Source: the human T2T-CHM13v2.0 reference genome, Homo sapiens
Reading direction: 5' to 3' (one strand)
NCBI RefSeq assembly: GCF_009914755.1
Contig: NC_060927.1
Length of the DNA: 64,000 bases
The notes below the pieces were generated by a model. The model did no database searches, was not told the DNA's origin, and saw only the letters and a list, made by a program, of their open reading frames with translations. This document shows positions 1-13,342 of this stretch, piece by piece; within the stretch, counting starts at the first letter, position 1, and each line of letters begins with the position of its first letter. Both the position numbers and the translations under genes were made by a program.

Positions 1-1713
1 TGGGAGTAGTAGAGAGATGCTAAGGCAGGCAGTGAAGCAGGTGATGTGTTGCTGTTACTGTACAGAGTTGCTATGGATAGTTTGTGTAGCTTTAGGAAGA
101 AAATAAAGTAGATATCTTGCAATATATCGATTAACCAAATAAATTACTTGTTATTCATTCTTAAGCCTGTTCTGCCAGAAAGAAAATGGCACAAAATATT
201 AACAAAAGCTTTGTATAAGGTAATTGTGGCTTGGAAATCTTATGACTGCAAATAATGACGTGACTGTGCTCACAAGGACAAAGGAATAAACAATAAGTAG
301 AGATTTTAAAAATTACCCAACACACTTCTTCCACAGAAAGAAGGTTTTCCACTTTCTGTGGAACAGTGTCTATGATTATTCCTATTCTAAAGCCATTCAA
401 GTGTCTTCTAGTTCCTTAGCCCTCATTTTCTTACAGATATATATTACTTAGTTCTTGCTTTTTCCCAGTCTTGTCCAAACACCAGCATCAACAATCTTTC
501 TCCTATAGGTTAAATTCTACAACTCCCTAAACCAGTGGAAATCAAACTTGTCAGTACTTTAGTTGTTCAAATTTATAAGTGAATAGAGTCTGGAAATGGT
601 CTGTGGCCTCCAGGCTGAGTTTTAGTGTCCTGGGCAAAGCCCTTTGCCACATGCTTCTGCAGTAAGGGGCAATCTGCCCAGTAATGTTCAACATATGTAA
701 CTAGTCCGTGTGCATGGTTTCTGCTTCCTGTCTGGTGTGCAATCTAACTTTCTACTGGGACCATAACCTCCTCATCATTGACCTAATACTCTAATCCTCT
801 TTCCTTTTTTTTTTCTGTAAATCTACTTTCTCTGGGGACTGAACTTTCTTTCGGGCCACTTTCAAACTGGACTAACTTAATTGCAGACCAAAGTGTGCCC
901 AACAAGAAGTATAGCTACTATCCAGAGACTCTTCCTATAGTGCTCTGACTTCTTAGGTAGAATCTCCTGAATATCAGCATAAGTCTGGACTAGGTTCAAA
1001 TTTATACTCCTCTTTGAAGACCAGTCTTACTGCCAAGTTATCTCCCATAGCCCCAATTTTGCTGGTTCTGGCTAACTCTTCCATTCCTTTTTTCTACTAT
1101 TGACAGCATAACATGTCTGAGTACAGAGTCCACATGTGTTGGGACACATTCCTGGAGGTCTGAAAGCAGGAAATAATAAGGATAGTTGTGAATGCCACTG
1201 TGTCATGGGGTTTAACTTGTTACAAAATTCTGTGTCCTGGGAAGAAGGCAGAACAATGATGGAAGTAAAAGTTACATATGGCTCTGCTGAGGACTCATGA
1301 GTCCAAGATATTTGCTGTTAGTTTCCTACAACTAGAACAGTCACAATAGAGTTGGATCTCCATTCTTAAATGTGTAGAATAGTAATGCTGATTTATGGAA
1401 GGGCTACAAATTCTGTAGTTGAAATAAAACCATTTTTTTCTCTTGGAGTTAAAAACTCTGGTATTCATAGATGGATGATTACTATTAATATCCAGTTTAG
1501 GATTAATAAAAAACTTTGAATCTAGTAAATTCTTTATGTCCTCTACTTATGACTTTTCTCTCGGAGATGATAGGAATGGAATCCTCTTCTAATGAACCCA
1601 GCCTGACTAATTTACTGCCAACATTAGCAAACATGAAATGATAAAGAGAGAGGGCAAGGATAAGGATAAGATTAGGCCTTTTTAAATTTTTTTTTATTTT
1701 TTATTTTTTGTAG

Positions 1714-1790
1714 AAACAGACTGCAGATTGAATTCCTACATAGGCTATTCCAGAATTCTTACGAGACTTGCATTAGGACATCAGCAACAG
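1714..1790 (+). other. Candidate internal exon (77 bp) of an unidentified spliced transcript
   Basis: Long T-rich tract ending ttttttgtAG at 1713 and a consensus donor CAG|GTAAGT at 1790/1791, in sequence not recognised as a repeat. Confidence 0.45.
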
Positions 1791-2388
1791 GTAAGTTTAA
1801 TAACACAAATGAAAATAATTGGTTGATAAGACGTTACAGTATTCCTCAGGGGAGTTGCTTGGTTCAAGGGAATGAGCTTTTCCAATTTTGATAGAACAAT
1901 TACAGTGTTCTCCGTAGAGGAAATGATATTTTAATACTGGATTTCAAGAAATCACTGTCATCAGGAAGTATCTGTCACTGCTCTTGAAAGAATTAAGAGC
2001 AGTTTTGAAGGTTATGTGTACTCTTTGGAATAAGAACAAGTGGCAGATGAGGAAAAGGAATCATATATTAGTGTATAATAGATTTTTTTCCACGATAGTT
2101 CCCACGGTTCTGATCAGATGACTATGACCAACACTTTGTTACAAGACAGAAATGATGGAAATATGTAATCTGGTTACTGACCAGAAGAGTACCTATCCCT
2201 AGAATATTGTATTTATATAGATTGAATAATAAAATTTTATGGTATTTAGGTCAAAAGGTACACTATACTATGACTAAGATTTTCTCCCTCCGTTATCAGA
2301 AAGTAGACATGAGCACAAAAAGAATGATACTCTATCAAGCTACATGGCCTTCGATGGTCAAAAAATGTTTTTAAGAAATGTGTTCTTC

Positions 2389-2950
2389 CATTCATGTATT
2401 TATTCATTCAAGAAGTAGAGTACCTAATACTAGAAACTGTGTAAGGCACTATACACAGAGGAAAACAAAATGGTTCCTGACAGTTTACTGATTGTAATCT
2501 AGTGGTGCATTGAACACACAATAAAAGATTAATAATTATAATAATTAAAACTGTGACTAGTGCTATGAGGTTCAAGACAATAGAGGCTATTTGAAAGGCA
2601 ATGTGATGCTCTTAACTTGATTTTTTGAGTAGAGGGAGCCAATGAAAACCTCTTTGAAGAAAAAATAGTTATTTAAGTGAAGACCTAAGGGATACAGATG
2701 TTAACAGGACAAAGAGAAGGCAGCATAAGGAATTCAGGCAGAAAGATCAGCCTAGATGAAAGCTCTGAGGTGGAGAGAGAAGTTAGTGTGTTTGGGGAAC
2801 TGAAGGTTCATATAGTTAGGACAGAGAGTTAGGGTGATAATGGCTCTAAATACCGTTGCAGAGGTAGGCAGGGACCCTATCTTTGCAGAGCCTTGTGGTT
2901 GTGGTAAGAAGTTTATGTTTTAAGCATAATTGAAAGCTAAAAAAGAAAGT
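2389..2950 (-). mobile_element. Ancient L2 LINE 3' fragment
   Basis: cattcatgtatttattcattca tail-like motif, followed by purine-rich sequence typical of antisense L2; boundaries approximate. Confidence 0.55.
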
Positions 2951-3179
2951 CTGATATGTGCATGAGGAATCATATAGACATTATCTTTCTACCACAGGTG
3001 GTACCAAAAATAAAAAGCAGATTAATTTTAAATGGGATGATTTTATTGAATTGTAGACTAAAGAACTACATAGACCAATGCTCCATATTGTATCCTGCCT
3101 TTTCTTGGCTTCCTTCTAGGAGACTCATTATTTTTTGGCTACATAGTAAGTATTTTCCAAATATACATATTTGTAGTTC

Positions 3180-3211
<32 letters not shown>

Positions 3212-3276
3212 GTATTTATATATATATGTATATATATGTGTGTATATATATATATATGTGTGTATATATATATATA

Positions 3277-3341
<65 letters not shown>
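3180..3341. repeat. Compound (TA)n/(CA)n/(TG)n microsatellite
   Basis: Directly visible, about 160 bp; explains ORFs 2956..3417 and 3128..3358. Confidence 0.98.
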
Positions 3342-3344
<3 letters not shown>

Positions 3345-4161
3345 TTTCCAAATAACATTTGGCTCAGCTGAGAGCTCTGTGCAAGGTTACATTCTGGGGG
3401 AAACTTTTAGTCATTAAGGCTAGATTGACAATTGAGCAATCCATCATTAGCTGGTGAATTTGTTTCGGATATGTCGAATTTGAAGCCATTACAGGACATC
3501 TATATTGAATTGTTCTAGGTTGTTATGGAGGAAAACACATATTCAGGATACAAATGAAACTATTATTGTTCATAAGGCTGGCATTGTAGCAAGGAAGGAA
3601 TGGGGTATTCATAGCCAAACCTGGGTACTATCATTTCCTGGTCCCTTAGAACATCACACTTACATTTTTTTTAATATACAAAAGTATATCCTAAAACTTC
3701 TCTGAGAATTGCTTTGTGACTGGAGGCAGGAAAGGCCTACTGACCCATATTTAGGTGGGAAATAGGAAAACAAGTGACAACAAGGAAGGGGAAAATGAAT
3801 TTGTTATGGGTGAACAAAGTTCAAAAGTCTTTTTGAAAAGACTTTTAGCAAACATTCAAAAGTGGTCACATATAAATAATAAATATTTTGTTTATATAAA
3901 GGGTTACAGTAGTTTCCTAGGAGAGTAAAATATTAAAGATAATTTTTAGCTGTGATTTAAATTTTTAGAACATGTGACATGAAGATCTAATGACCATGGA
4001 AGGACTGATTTCCTCATTAGTAGTCATTTTGGAAATTTGAGTCTGGAATACAGCAAGAGAGGTCAGAGATAGAGATGCAGACTGGAGAATTATTATTACA
4101 GAGATGATGATTAAAATCATGTCCATCAATTGATAAGCTGATTCAAGAAAAGAGTGATGAT

Positions 4162-4329
4162 CAATGGTTCTCAGTTTAGGCTACCATTAGGATCACCTGG
4201 ATAGTTTTTGAAAACCACTGAGGCAGCCCCACCCAAAAGATTCTGCTTTAGTTGATCTCAAGGACTGGGCATCCATTTTTTAAATTATTCTCCAGGTAAT
4301 CATAATAAGCAGTCAGTGTTGAAAACCTT
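4162..4329. mobile_element. MER5A-like hAT-Charlie MITE
   Basis: caatggttctca...gatcacctgg...ccccacccaaaagattctgcttta...ctccaggtaat...gtgttgaaaacc follows the MER5 layout with short terminal inverted repeats. Confidence 0.7.
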
Positions 4330-4389
4330 AGTACAGATAGAGATGGGCTAACAATGGAGTCCAAGGAAGAGTAGCAGTGATGTAGAATC

Positions 4390-4931
4390 TGTTAGGCAAA
4401 ATGTTGGCCTTCATGGTCTTCACCTCCTCGGGTTACTCCTATGAATATGTCAAAAGGTCTTTAAAGATGTCATTTAGGTTGCTAATCAGCTGATTTTAAA
4501 ATAGGGAGCTTCTCTGGATTGTCTAGGTGGACCTAATCTACTCATGTAAGCCCTGGGAAGCAGAGCTCATTTTCTGCCTGATGGTAAAAGAGGAGTCAGA
4601 TATTTGAAGCCTAAGAAGGATTAGAACTGTCCTCCTTGACTTAGAGATTAAGTGGATCGTATGTCAAAGAAACAGGAAAATGAGTTCCTACAATCACAAG
4701 GAACTGAATTCTATCAACACTGTAATGGATTTGGAAGCAGAATCTTCCCCAGAGCCCCAGATAAGAGCCCAGCTGACACCCTGATTCCTGCCTTGTGAGG
4801 CCCTTCGCAGAGGATCCAGCTGAGCCATTCTATTCCCAGACTTCTGACCCACTCACTGTGAGATACTAACTGGGTGTTTAACCTTCTAAGTTTGTGATAA
4901 TTTGTTATGGCAGCAAGAGAAAACTAACACA
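4390..4931 (+). mobile_element. MaLR solo LTR (MLT1D/E-like)
   Basis: TG start, ggaactgaattct, cagacttctgacc, and end ctaagtttgtgataatttgttatggcagcaagagaaaactaacaca. Confidence 0.8.
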
Positions 4932-5020
4932 CAGAAAGAAAACCATAAGAGCCTAGTATCACAAAAGCCAAGGCAGAAAGAAAAGTTGTACTTTGTACTT
5001 TCAGTTAAGAAGTCATTTAC

Positions 5021-5323
5021 TTTTTTTTTTTTTAAATGAGACAAGGTCTCATTCTGTCACCCAGACCATAGAGCAGTGGTGTGATCACGCCTCACTGCTG
5101 CCTCCACCTCCTGGTTTCAAGCAATCTTCCCATTCTCAGCATCCCAAGTAGCTGGGACTACAGGCATGCATGCACCATCATGCCCTGCTAATTTTTTATT
5201 TTTTGTACAGACAAGGTCTCACTATGTTGTCCAGGTTGGTCTCAAACTCCTGGGACCAAGCAATCCTTTTGCCTTGGCCTCCCAATGTGCTGGGATTACA
5301 GGAGTGAGCCACCATGTTCCACC
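5021..5323 (-). mobile_element. Alu (AluJ-like), antisense
   Basis: Poly-T then gagacaaggtctcattctgtcaccc...gctgggattacaggagtgagccacc; highly diverged. Confidence 0.92.
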
Positions 5324-7309
5324 ATCATTGCCTTTTGATAAAGTAGTTCCTCCTTCTTAATGAGTAAGGTACTTAGGACTAGGGCTTCTTCTAGTCGCCA
5401 TATGGCTTATACAGCTTGCATTTAAAGTACAATGTCCAGCAAACTTAGCCTGACATTACTCATTTCTTATATATAGCATTTATCTTTTCCAATACATTTA
5501 AATATTTTCAGTTGAGTACCGAGTCTTTTCTCAATCAAAAGTAGCACTATCAGTTCTAATAAGAGGAGTTTTGAATGGATTTTGCTATGCAGGTAAGGTC
5601 CAAAGGTAGGAGTTGGAACTGAATCTGGCAATAGAGGGCAGGAAAACATAGATAAGAGTAGAGGCAAATCTTCTGTGGGAGTCGGGATGGGAAGCAAATG
5701 AAGACTATGCAAGTGGGAGCAAAGCCCTGTGGCAGAAAAGAGTATGCAAAGGCCCGCATGTGCTAGAAGGCAGGGAATCCACCCACCTTTTACCCAGTTG
5801 AGGCTAGTAGGTGTGTTCTGGGGTCTCAAAGGAATGACAGGGAGAACAGCAATGTCTAAAAGCGATTGAAGAAGGGTTGACTTCTGGGAGAGTAGCTGGG
5901 ATGCCAGTGGAGGGATGAATGTAACTGCAAGTTAATACCGAGGGAGACAGTATTAACAGAGAGGTAAGCAGCCAGTAACAGGAGAGGCCAGGACATGAAG
6001 CTGCATGGCCCATATCCACAAATGGCAAATTTAATGATGTTAGTTGTTCAGAAGCTACTTTTGAGCCTCTCTCGGGGAGAATTGAAAAGAGCCTCTTCCA
6101 TGGGATGATGTTAATAAGGGCCTGATACAGAAAACAGTTTTTGGTTGCTGCCATGACCTTAAGTTTTTTTTTTAAATATCTTTTCAGATCAATGGAGCCT
6201 GGGGCAGCATCTGTTATGTAGTAATACTTTTTTCTAAATCCATCTCCAAATTGTTCATTGTTTGGTGGTTAATTCAGGCTTTCACTATTTCTCCAAGTGC
6301 CATAGTTAGTGCTTAAATAGGCTTTCACCTTCTTTGCATATTTAGGATAAAGCTTTTTTTGGTTTAGACTGCAGAAAAAATGGAGGCTTCTTTCCATCCC
6401 TTCATTTCGGATGCCAAGACAGCATGTGATATTTCTAGCTCTTTTATGTTAAAATTCTAGTTCATTTTGTGTATTTTTCTGTTATTATCACCCTCTTGCT
6501 CAAAACAGATCATTATATTATAGACATAAGTTAAAATATATGAACTTCTGTTAACTTGGTTTCTGGAGAATAAGCATGGAAACAATCTCCTTTCTTTATT
6601 TGAAGGTTTCTTTGTGGAGTACTTCATTTGGAACCTTGGTTTGTACTGCAGCAGCTGGCTTAAACACATATTCCTTAGTCTCACCTCCCTCTTTATTTTG
6701 ATGGCCACTGACTTACTTCAAGCCTTCTTATTTTTTGATGGGACTACTAAAATACTTTACCCATCTCTGGGCCCAATCACACTCATAACTCACACCCTAC
6801 ACCATAGGTAAGAATGGCTGTTTATACACACAAATCCAATTATGTCATCTTTGTTCACTTCAATGGCTTAACATTGCTGATAAGATAATGTTCAAATGCC
6901 TCTGGGATAGAGAACCAGAACTTTAGTGACCTCTATCTACCTATCCATCCTCATCTTCTTGCCTCTTCTAAATAAATTCTGCACTTAAGCAATACTAAAC
7001 TACTTGCCTGGCCTCTGTGCTATTTCTTTTTTTCTTCCCCTCTATTGCTGGCTCACCCTGTCTCTGTGCTCCAAAGCACTGTAATCATACTTCTATTGTA
7101 GTGCTCAGTCATGTGGACAGCTACAATGTAATGTGTCTTCAAGTAGATAGTGAACTTCTGGAGGTCTGGAATTATATTTAGTTATCTTTTTATTATTAAA
7201 TGAACAATTCAATCTCTAACTAAAATTAATGATGATTTGGTATATGTCTCATGCTGTTCATGTTTCTTTTCCCTTTTAAAATGTGCATGTTTACTTTCAT
7301 ACAATAAGT

Positions 7310-7460
7310 GTATCATCATCCAGATATAGGCATTACCTGGGTAGTGTAAGAGCTTCTTACAAATGCAGAATCTCAGGCTCTTAGACCTAATAAATCAGAA
7401 TCTGCATTTAAAAAAACCCCAAGGTGATTCATATTTCCAATACAGTTTGAGAAGTGTGGA
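7310..7460. mobile_element. MER5A-like fragment
   Basis: aaatgcagaatctcaggctc...aatcagaatctgcatttaa...ccccaaggtgattcatat...agtttgagaagtg. Confidence 0.65.
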
Positions 7461-9507
7461 TCTAGGAACTATTTCATCTAATAGTTCTAATTGCATTCAG
7501 GATAGTCAGAAACCCCTTACCAGTGTCTCACATGTGTACTTTGGTGGAGTATACAGCTTTAGGAGCTCATAAGCTTTTCTCACCAGCCCCAAAATCCTTG
7601 CTTTACATGACAAAGTTAATTTCTCTGAAAACAATCTTTATCATTTGTTAAAGCAACTTCTGCACCTGAATTGGGTAGTATTCATATGGTGGATTATCCA
7701 AAGTAAGCTTAAAACAACCACTCTCAGACTGTGAATTAGGCCAGCTCATCCCACCCCTGATTTTTCCTGTGGACAGTTCTAACATTTGCATTGGACTTTC
7801 AGCCTTCCCCAGATGAAGATAACTGCGTTTTTGTTACCTATTCTTCTCTACAAGGACACTTATCTTGGGCTGCTTCTCTTTATTACTTTTATTGTCTTTG
7901 AAAGCTAACTCTAATTTCCCATTTTCTCCTCTGTCTCATATTTCTTCTTTGCAATTATATTCATCCATCACTCTGTCTATAACATAGTCTAATCTTAGTT
8001 CTACTCAGCTCTTGTCTCAATAATATTAATGAGATAAGTATGAAAGGCTGCATATCAACAATTTCATAGTCTTTTGTTTCTTTAGTTCTATTCAATCATC
8101 CCAGAGTCTTGAAAAGTGCATAGAATCTTTACATATCTTCCAACACCTTTTATGTATGTCTTTTCATATATGCATTATTACTAAATATTTAAGTATAGGC
8201 ATCAATATATTTTCTGGAGTTGTGCCCATCTATCTCTAACAGTGTTCCTCCTTGCTTTGAAGTCTTAATTATTCTCTAAAAGCAGATTTATACTTAAGGT
8301 CTAATCTCCTGTTGTTCTGACTAGCTTTTTTCTGCTTAAACTATTCCAGATTTTTCTTAAATAGCATCATCTCCAATTCATTTTTAATAGCAATTGGTTT
8401 GTATTGTTCTACTTTGCTTCTGCAAATGTAATAACTGACGTCCTTCCTTCTAATATATACTCTCCATGCTGTACCTTTCAACACAGGCCAACCCATTTTT
8501 GTTTGCTCTTACTGCCATAATTTTCATTCAGTGTGTCAGAGGATGTGTCCTGTTAGCAGAGCTAACAGGCCACAAAGGACTTAGGGTCTCCTTCGAGTCC
8601 TTATTCTTTAAAAACTTCGTGGTCCCACAGCACAGTGTGGTAAAGCAAGGTAAAAGGAAGGCAAGGAACAAAACAGGAAATTATACTATTACAGGAAATT
8701 GTTGTAATAAAGTGAAAAGCCAAGGAAGCAAGTGTCCAGCAAGTCATAAAATTCTAATCATGCAGCTGGGACAAATTGAACCTCTACTCACCAGCTGGCA
8801 GAGTTTTGTATTGTTCTTTTTGTCTTTATTTACATCTAAGTGCATACCTTTGTAACTTGAAGGCCACCTGGTCATTTTACAGTTGTGGTAATGAAGATGC
8901 AAAAAGATTTAGTGACATTCTTAAGTTTTCACCGTAGTGACTGGCTGAATCAGGTCTAAAATATGGATCTTCTGACTCTGAGAGCAGGACATTTTCTCTA
9001 AGAATTGAAATTTCTTAAAGATCAACAGTTGTCAGACCCTGCCTTTATTAAATTTTAATGTGGCAAATCTTCCTCACAAGACTTTACAAGGCCATTTTAC
9101 AGATAAGAAATCTGAGGCTGAGGGAGGCAAACATTAAGTTCATCATTGTGAAAGTGCTCTCTTTTATCCCAGAAGTTAGGTTCACATGCATGAAATTACT
9201 TTCCAAAGTAAGCATTAATGTATTAGGCACCTGAGAGGGGCAGAAAGAGGAACATACTTCTTTTCAAGGAGAATAGGAGCCCTGTAGTTGCTACAGCAAC
9301 TGGGAACTGATGTAAGGCATTCCTGCTAGAACATTTTCACATATTGAAGGTGTCTTCCTGTCTGACCAGAAGCTGAAAGAGTTTGGTTAGCTTTGTTAAT
9401 TAAAGCAGAGGTATCTAAAATGGGAAGTATGCACCCCAGGAAATATGCAATTCAGTCTTCTAGGTTGCCTGTTCTCTGTCCCCTACACTGAAAAAAATAT
9501 TGTGTAA

Positions 9508-9814
<307 letters not shown>

Positions 9815-9829
9815 CACATTTTTAAAGAA

Positions 9830-10015
9830 GTATAATATACACAGACAAGTGCATGTAAGTATATAGCTTAATAAGTTTTCACAAACTGAGCATACCTGTG
9901 CAGCCAACATCAAGATCAAGAAATAAAACCTTAGTAGCATTATAGAAGTCATTCTTGTTCTTCTTTTTAATCAATATTCTCAAAGTTAATCACTATCCTG
10001 ACTCCTAACTCCACA
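9830..10015 (-). mobile_element. Old L1M 3' UTR fragment, left part (continues at 13482-13580 after Tigger1)
   Basis: cactatcctgactcctaactcc on the left joins ttagttttgcttgtttttgagtgttatgtcaatggaatcatacagtatg on the right, as in L1M antisense 3' ends. Confidence 0.6.
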
Positions 10016-10255
10016 CAGGCATACTTTGTTTTATCACACTTCACTTTATCACACATCACAGGTAATGTGTTTTTTACAAATTGAAGGTTTGTGGCAACCC
10101 TACATAGAGCAAGTCTATTGGCACCATTTTTCTAACAACATGTGCTGTGCTCACTTTTTGTCTCTATGTCACACTTTGGAAATTCTGGCAATATTTCTAA
10201 CTTTTCCGTTATTATATCTATTATGGTGATCTGTGATCAGTGATCTTTGATGTTA

Positions 10256-10333
10256 TTAGGTTAGAGCAAAAGTAATTATGGTTTCACCATTATTTTTAAT
10301 GTCAAGAACCCAATTACGTTTGCACCAAGCTAA
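10256..10333. mobile_element. MADE1 mariner (Hsmar1) MITE inserted at a TA of Tigger1
   Basis: About 80-bp imperfect palindrome ttaggttagagcaaaagtaatt...aattacgtttgcaccaagctaa interrupting Tigger1 gatgtta|ctattg. Confidence 0.85.
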
Positions 10334-12189
10334 CACTATTGTAATTGTTTTGAGGCACCACAAATTATGTCCATATCAGACGGCAAGCTTAATTAATAAA
10401 TGTTGTGTGTGTTCTGACTGCTCCACCAACAGGTCATTCCTGTCTCTCTCCCTCTCTTCAAGACTTCCTATTCCCTGATACACAACAATGTTGAAATTAG
10501 ATCAATAATAACCCTACAATGTCTACAATGGCCTCTAAGTGTCGAACCAAAAAAAAAAAAGGAAGGAAGAGTTGTACAACTCTGATTTTAAATCAAATCC
10601 TAGAAATGATTAGACTTAGTGAGAGAGTCATGCTGAAAGCTGAGAGAAGCCCAAAGGTAGGCCTCTTGAGCCAAACAGTTAACAAAGATGTGCAAAGAAA
10701 ATTATTTGAAGGAATTAAAAGTGCTACACCAGTGAACACACAAATGATTAAAAAAAAAAAAAAAAAAGAAAGGAGTGAAACAGCCTTATTGCTGATATGG
10801 AGAAAGTTTGAGTGGTCTGTATCAAAGATCAAACTAGCCATAACATTCCTGTAAGCCAAAGCATAATCTAGAGCAAGGCCCTGGATTCAATTCTGTGAAG
10901 GTTGAGAGAGGTGAAGAAGCTGCAGAAAAATGTTTGAAACTAACGGGAGTTGGTTCATGAAATTTAAGGAAAGAAGCTGTCCCCATAACGTAAAAGTACA
11001 AGGTGAAGCAGAAAGTGCTGTTGAAGAAGCTACAGCATGTTACCCAGAATATCTAGCTAAGCTAATTAATGATGGTGGCTACACTAAATAACAGATTTTC
11101 AATGTAGATGAAACAGACTTATAGTGGAAGAGCCATCTAGGATTTCATAACTAGAGAGGAGAAATTAATGCCTGGCTTCGAAGCTTCAAAGAACAGGCTG
11201 ACTCTCTGGTTAGAGGCTAATGCAACTGATGACTTTAAGTTGAAGTCAGTGTTCATTTATTGTGCTGAAAATCCTAAGACCCTTAATAATTATGCCAGAT
11301 CTACTAAGTCTGTGCTCTACAAATGGAACAACAAAGCCTGGATGATGGCACATCTGTCTATAGCATGGTTTACTGAGTATTTTAAGCATACCATTGAAAC
11401 CTACTATTCAGGAAAAAAAATTCTTTTAAAATATTACTGCTCATTGACAATGCACCTATCTCAGACCCAAGAGCCCTGATGGAGATGTAGAAGGAGATTA
11501 ATGTTCTTTTAATGCTGGCTAAAACAGCATGCTTTCTGCAGCCCATGGATAAAGTAGTGATTTTGACTTTCAAGTCTTATTATCTGAGAAATACAGTTTT
11601 AAGGATATCACTACCACAGATAGTGATTCCACTGATGGATCTGGATGAACTACATTGAAAACCTTCTGGGAAGGATTTACCATTCTAGATGTCATTAAGA
11701 ACCTTCATGATTCATGGGAAGAGGTCAAAATATCAACGTTAACAGGAGTTTGGAAGAAGTTGATTCCTGTCCTCGTGGATGACTTTGAGGAGTTCAAGAC
11801 TTCAGTGGATGAAGCAGCTGCAGATGTGGCAGAAACAGCAATAGAAATAGAATTAAAAGTAGAATCTGAAGATATTTCAGCCAGATTTGCTGCAATCTCG
11901 TGATCAAACTTGCATGTATGAGCAGTTGCTTCTTATGGATGAGCAGAGAAAGTGGTTTCTTCAGATAAAATCTAATGGTGATGATGCTATGAACATTGTT
12001 GAAATGACAACAGAAGACTTAGAATATTACATCAACTTAGTTAATCAAGAAGTGGTAGGGTTTTAAAGGATTAACTCCAATTTTCAAAGAAGTTCTACTG
12101 TGGGTAAAATGCTGTCAAACCTTATCTCATGGTGCAGAGAAATCTTTTGTGAAAGGAAGAATTAATGTGGCAAGTGTCATTGTTGTCTT

Positions 12190-12832
12190 TTCTTTATTAT
12201 TATACTTTAAGTTCTAGGGTACATGTTCACAACGTGCAGGTTTGTTACACAGGTATACATGTGCCATGTTGGTTTGCTGCACCCATCAACTTGTCATTTA
12301 CATTAGGTATTTCTCCTAATGCTATCCCTCCCCCAGCTCCCTACCCCCTGACAGGCCCTGGTGTGTGATGTTCCCCTCCCTGGGTCCATGTGTTCTCATT
12401 GATCAATTCCCACTTATGAGTGAAAACAAGGGGTGTTTGGTTTTCTGTTCTTGTGATGGTTTGCTGAGAATCATGGTTTCCAGCTTCATCCTTTTAATCA
12501 CAAATGATTAAAAATTCATTTGTGATTAAATCCCTACAAAGGACATGAATTCATCCTTTTTTATGGCTGCATAGTATTCCATGTTGTGTATGTGCCATAT
12601 TTTCTTAATCCAGTCCATCATTGATGGACATTTGGGTTGGTTCCAAGTCTTTGCTGTTGTGAGTAGTGCTGCAATAAACATACCTGTGCATGTGTCTTTA
12701 TAGTAGCATGATTTATAATCTTTTGGGTATACCCAGTAATGGGATCACTGGGTCAAATGGTATTTCTAGTTCTAGATCCTTGAGGAATCACCACACTGTC
12801 TTCTACAATGTTTGAACTAATTTACACTCCCA
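12190..12832 (-). mobile_element. 5'-truncated L1PA (about PA5-7) inside Tigger1
   Basis: ttattatactttaagttctagggtacatg L1PA antisense 3' end; TSD tca(t/c)tgttgtctt at 12177-12189 and 12833-12845. Confidence 0.93.
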
Positions 12833-13043
12833 TCACTGTTGTCTTATTTTAAGAAATTACCACAGCCACCCCAACCCTCAACAACCACCACCCTGATCAG
12901 TCAGCAGCCATTAGCATCAGGACAAGATCCCCCACCAGCAAAAGGATTACAACTCAGATGATTACTAGCATTTTTTAGTTAAGGTTTTTAGATGTAATTC
13001 CATTACACACTTAATGGGCTGTAGTATAGTGTAAACTAAACTG

Positions 13044-13342
13044 TTTTTTTTTTTTTTTTTTGAGATGGGGTCTCACTCTGCTACCCAGCCTGGAGTGTGG
13101 TGGCATGATCTTTGCTCACAGCAACCTTTGCCTCCTAGGCTCATGCCATCCTCCCACCTTAGCCTCCAGCGTAGCCAGGACCACAAGTGCACACCACCAT
13201 GCCCGGCTAATTTTTGTATTTTTTGTAGAGACAGGGTTTTGTTATATTGCTCAGTCTGGTCTTGAATTCCTGGGCTCAAGCAATCTGCTCACCTTGGCCT
13301 CCCAAAATTCTGGTAATACGGGAGTGAGCCACCATGCCCGGC
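13044..13342 (-). mobile_element. Alu (AluJ-like) inside the Tigger1 3' end
   Basis: Dimeric Alu; TSD core agtgtaaac on both sides. Confidence 0.92.

Noticed and set aside
2956-3417. 153-aa ORF and its antisense partner with YI repeats
   Set aside because: The repetitive part is a translation of a (TA)n microsatellite, which is stop-free by composition.
5467-6154. Adjacent 120-aa and 116-aa minus-strand ORFs
   Set aside because: They overlap purine-biased L2-like sequence and show no domain similarity or splice support.
10519-11903. Domesticated TIGD1-like gene
   Set aside because: The transposase is fragmented across frames with stops and A-tract insertions, and both transposon ends and nested insertions are present.
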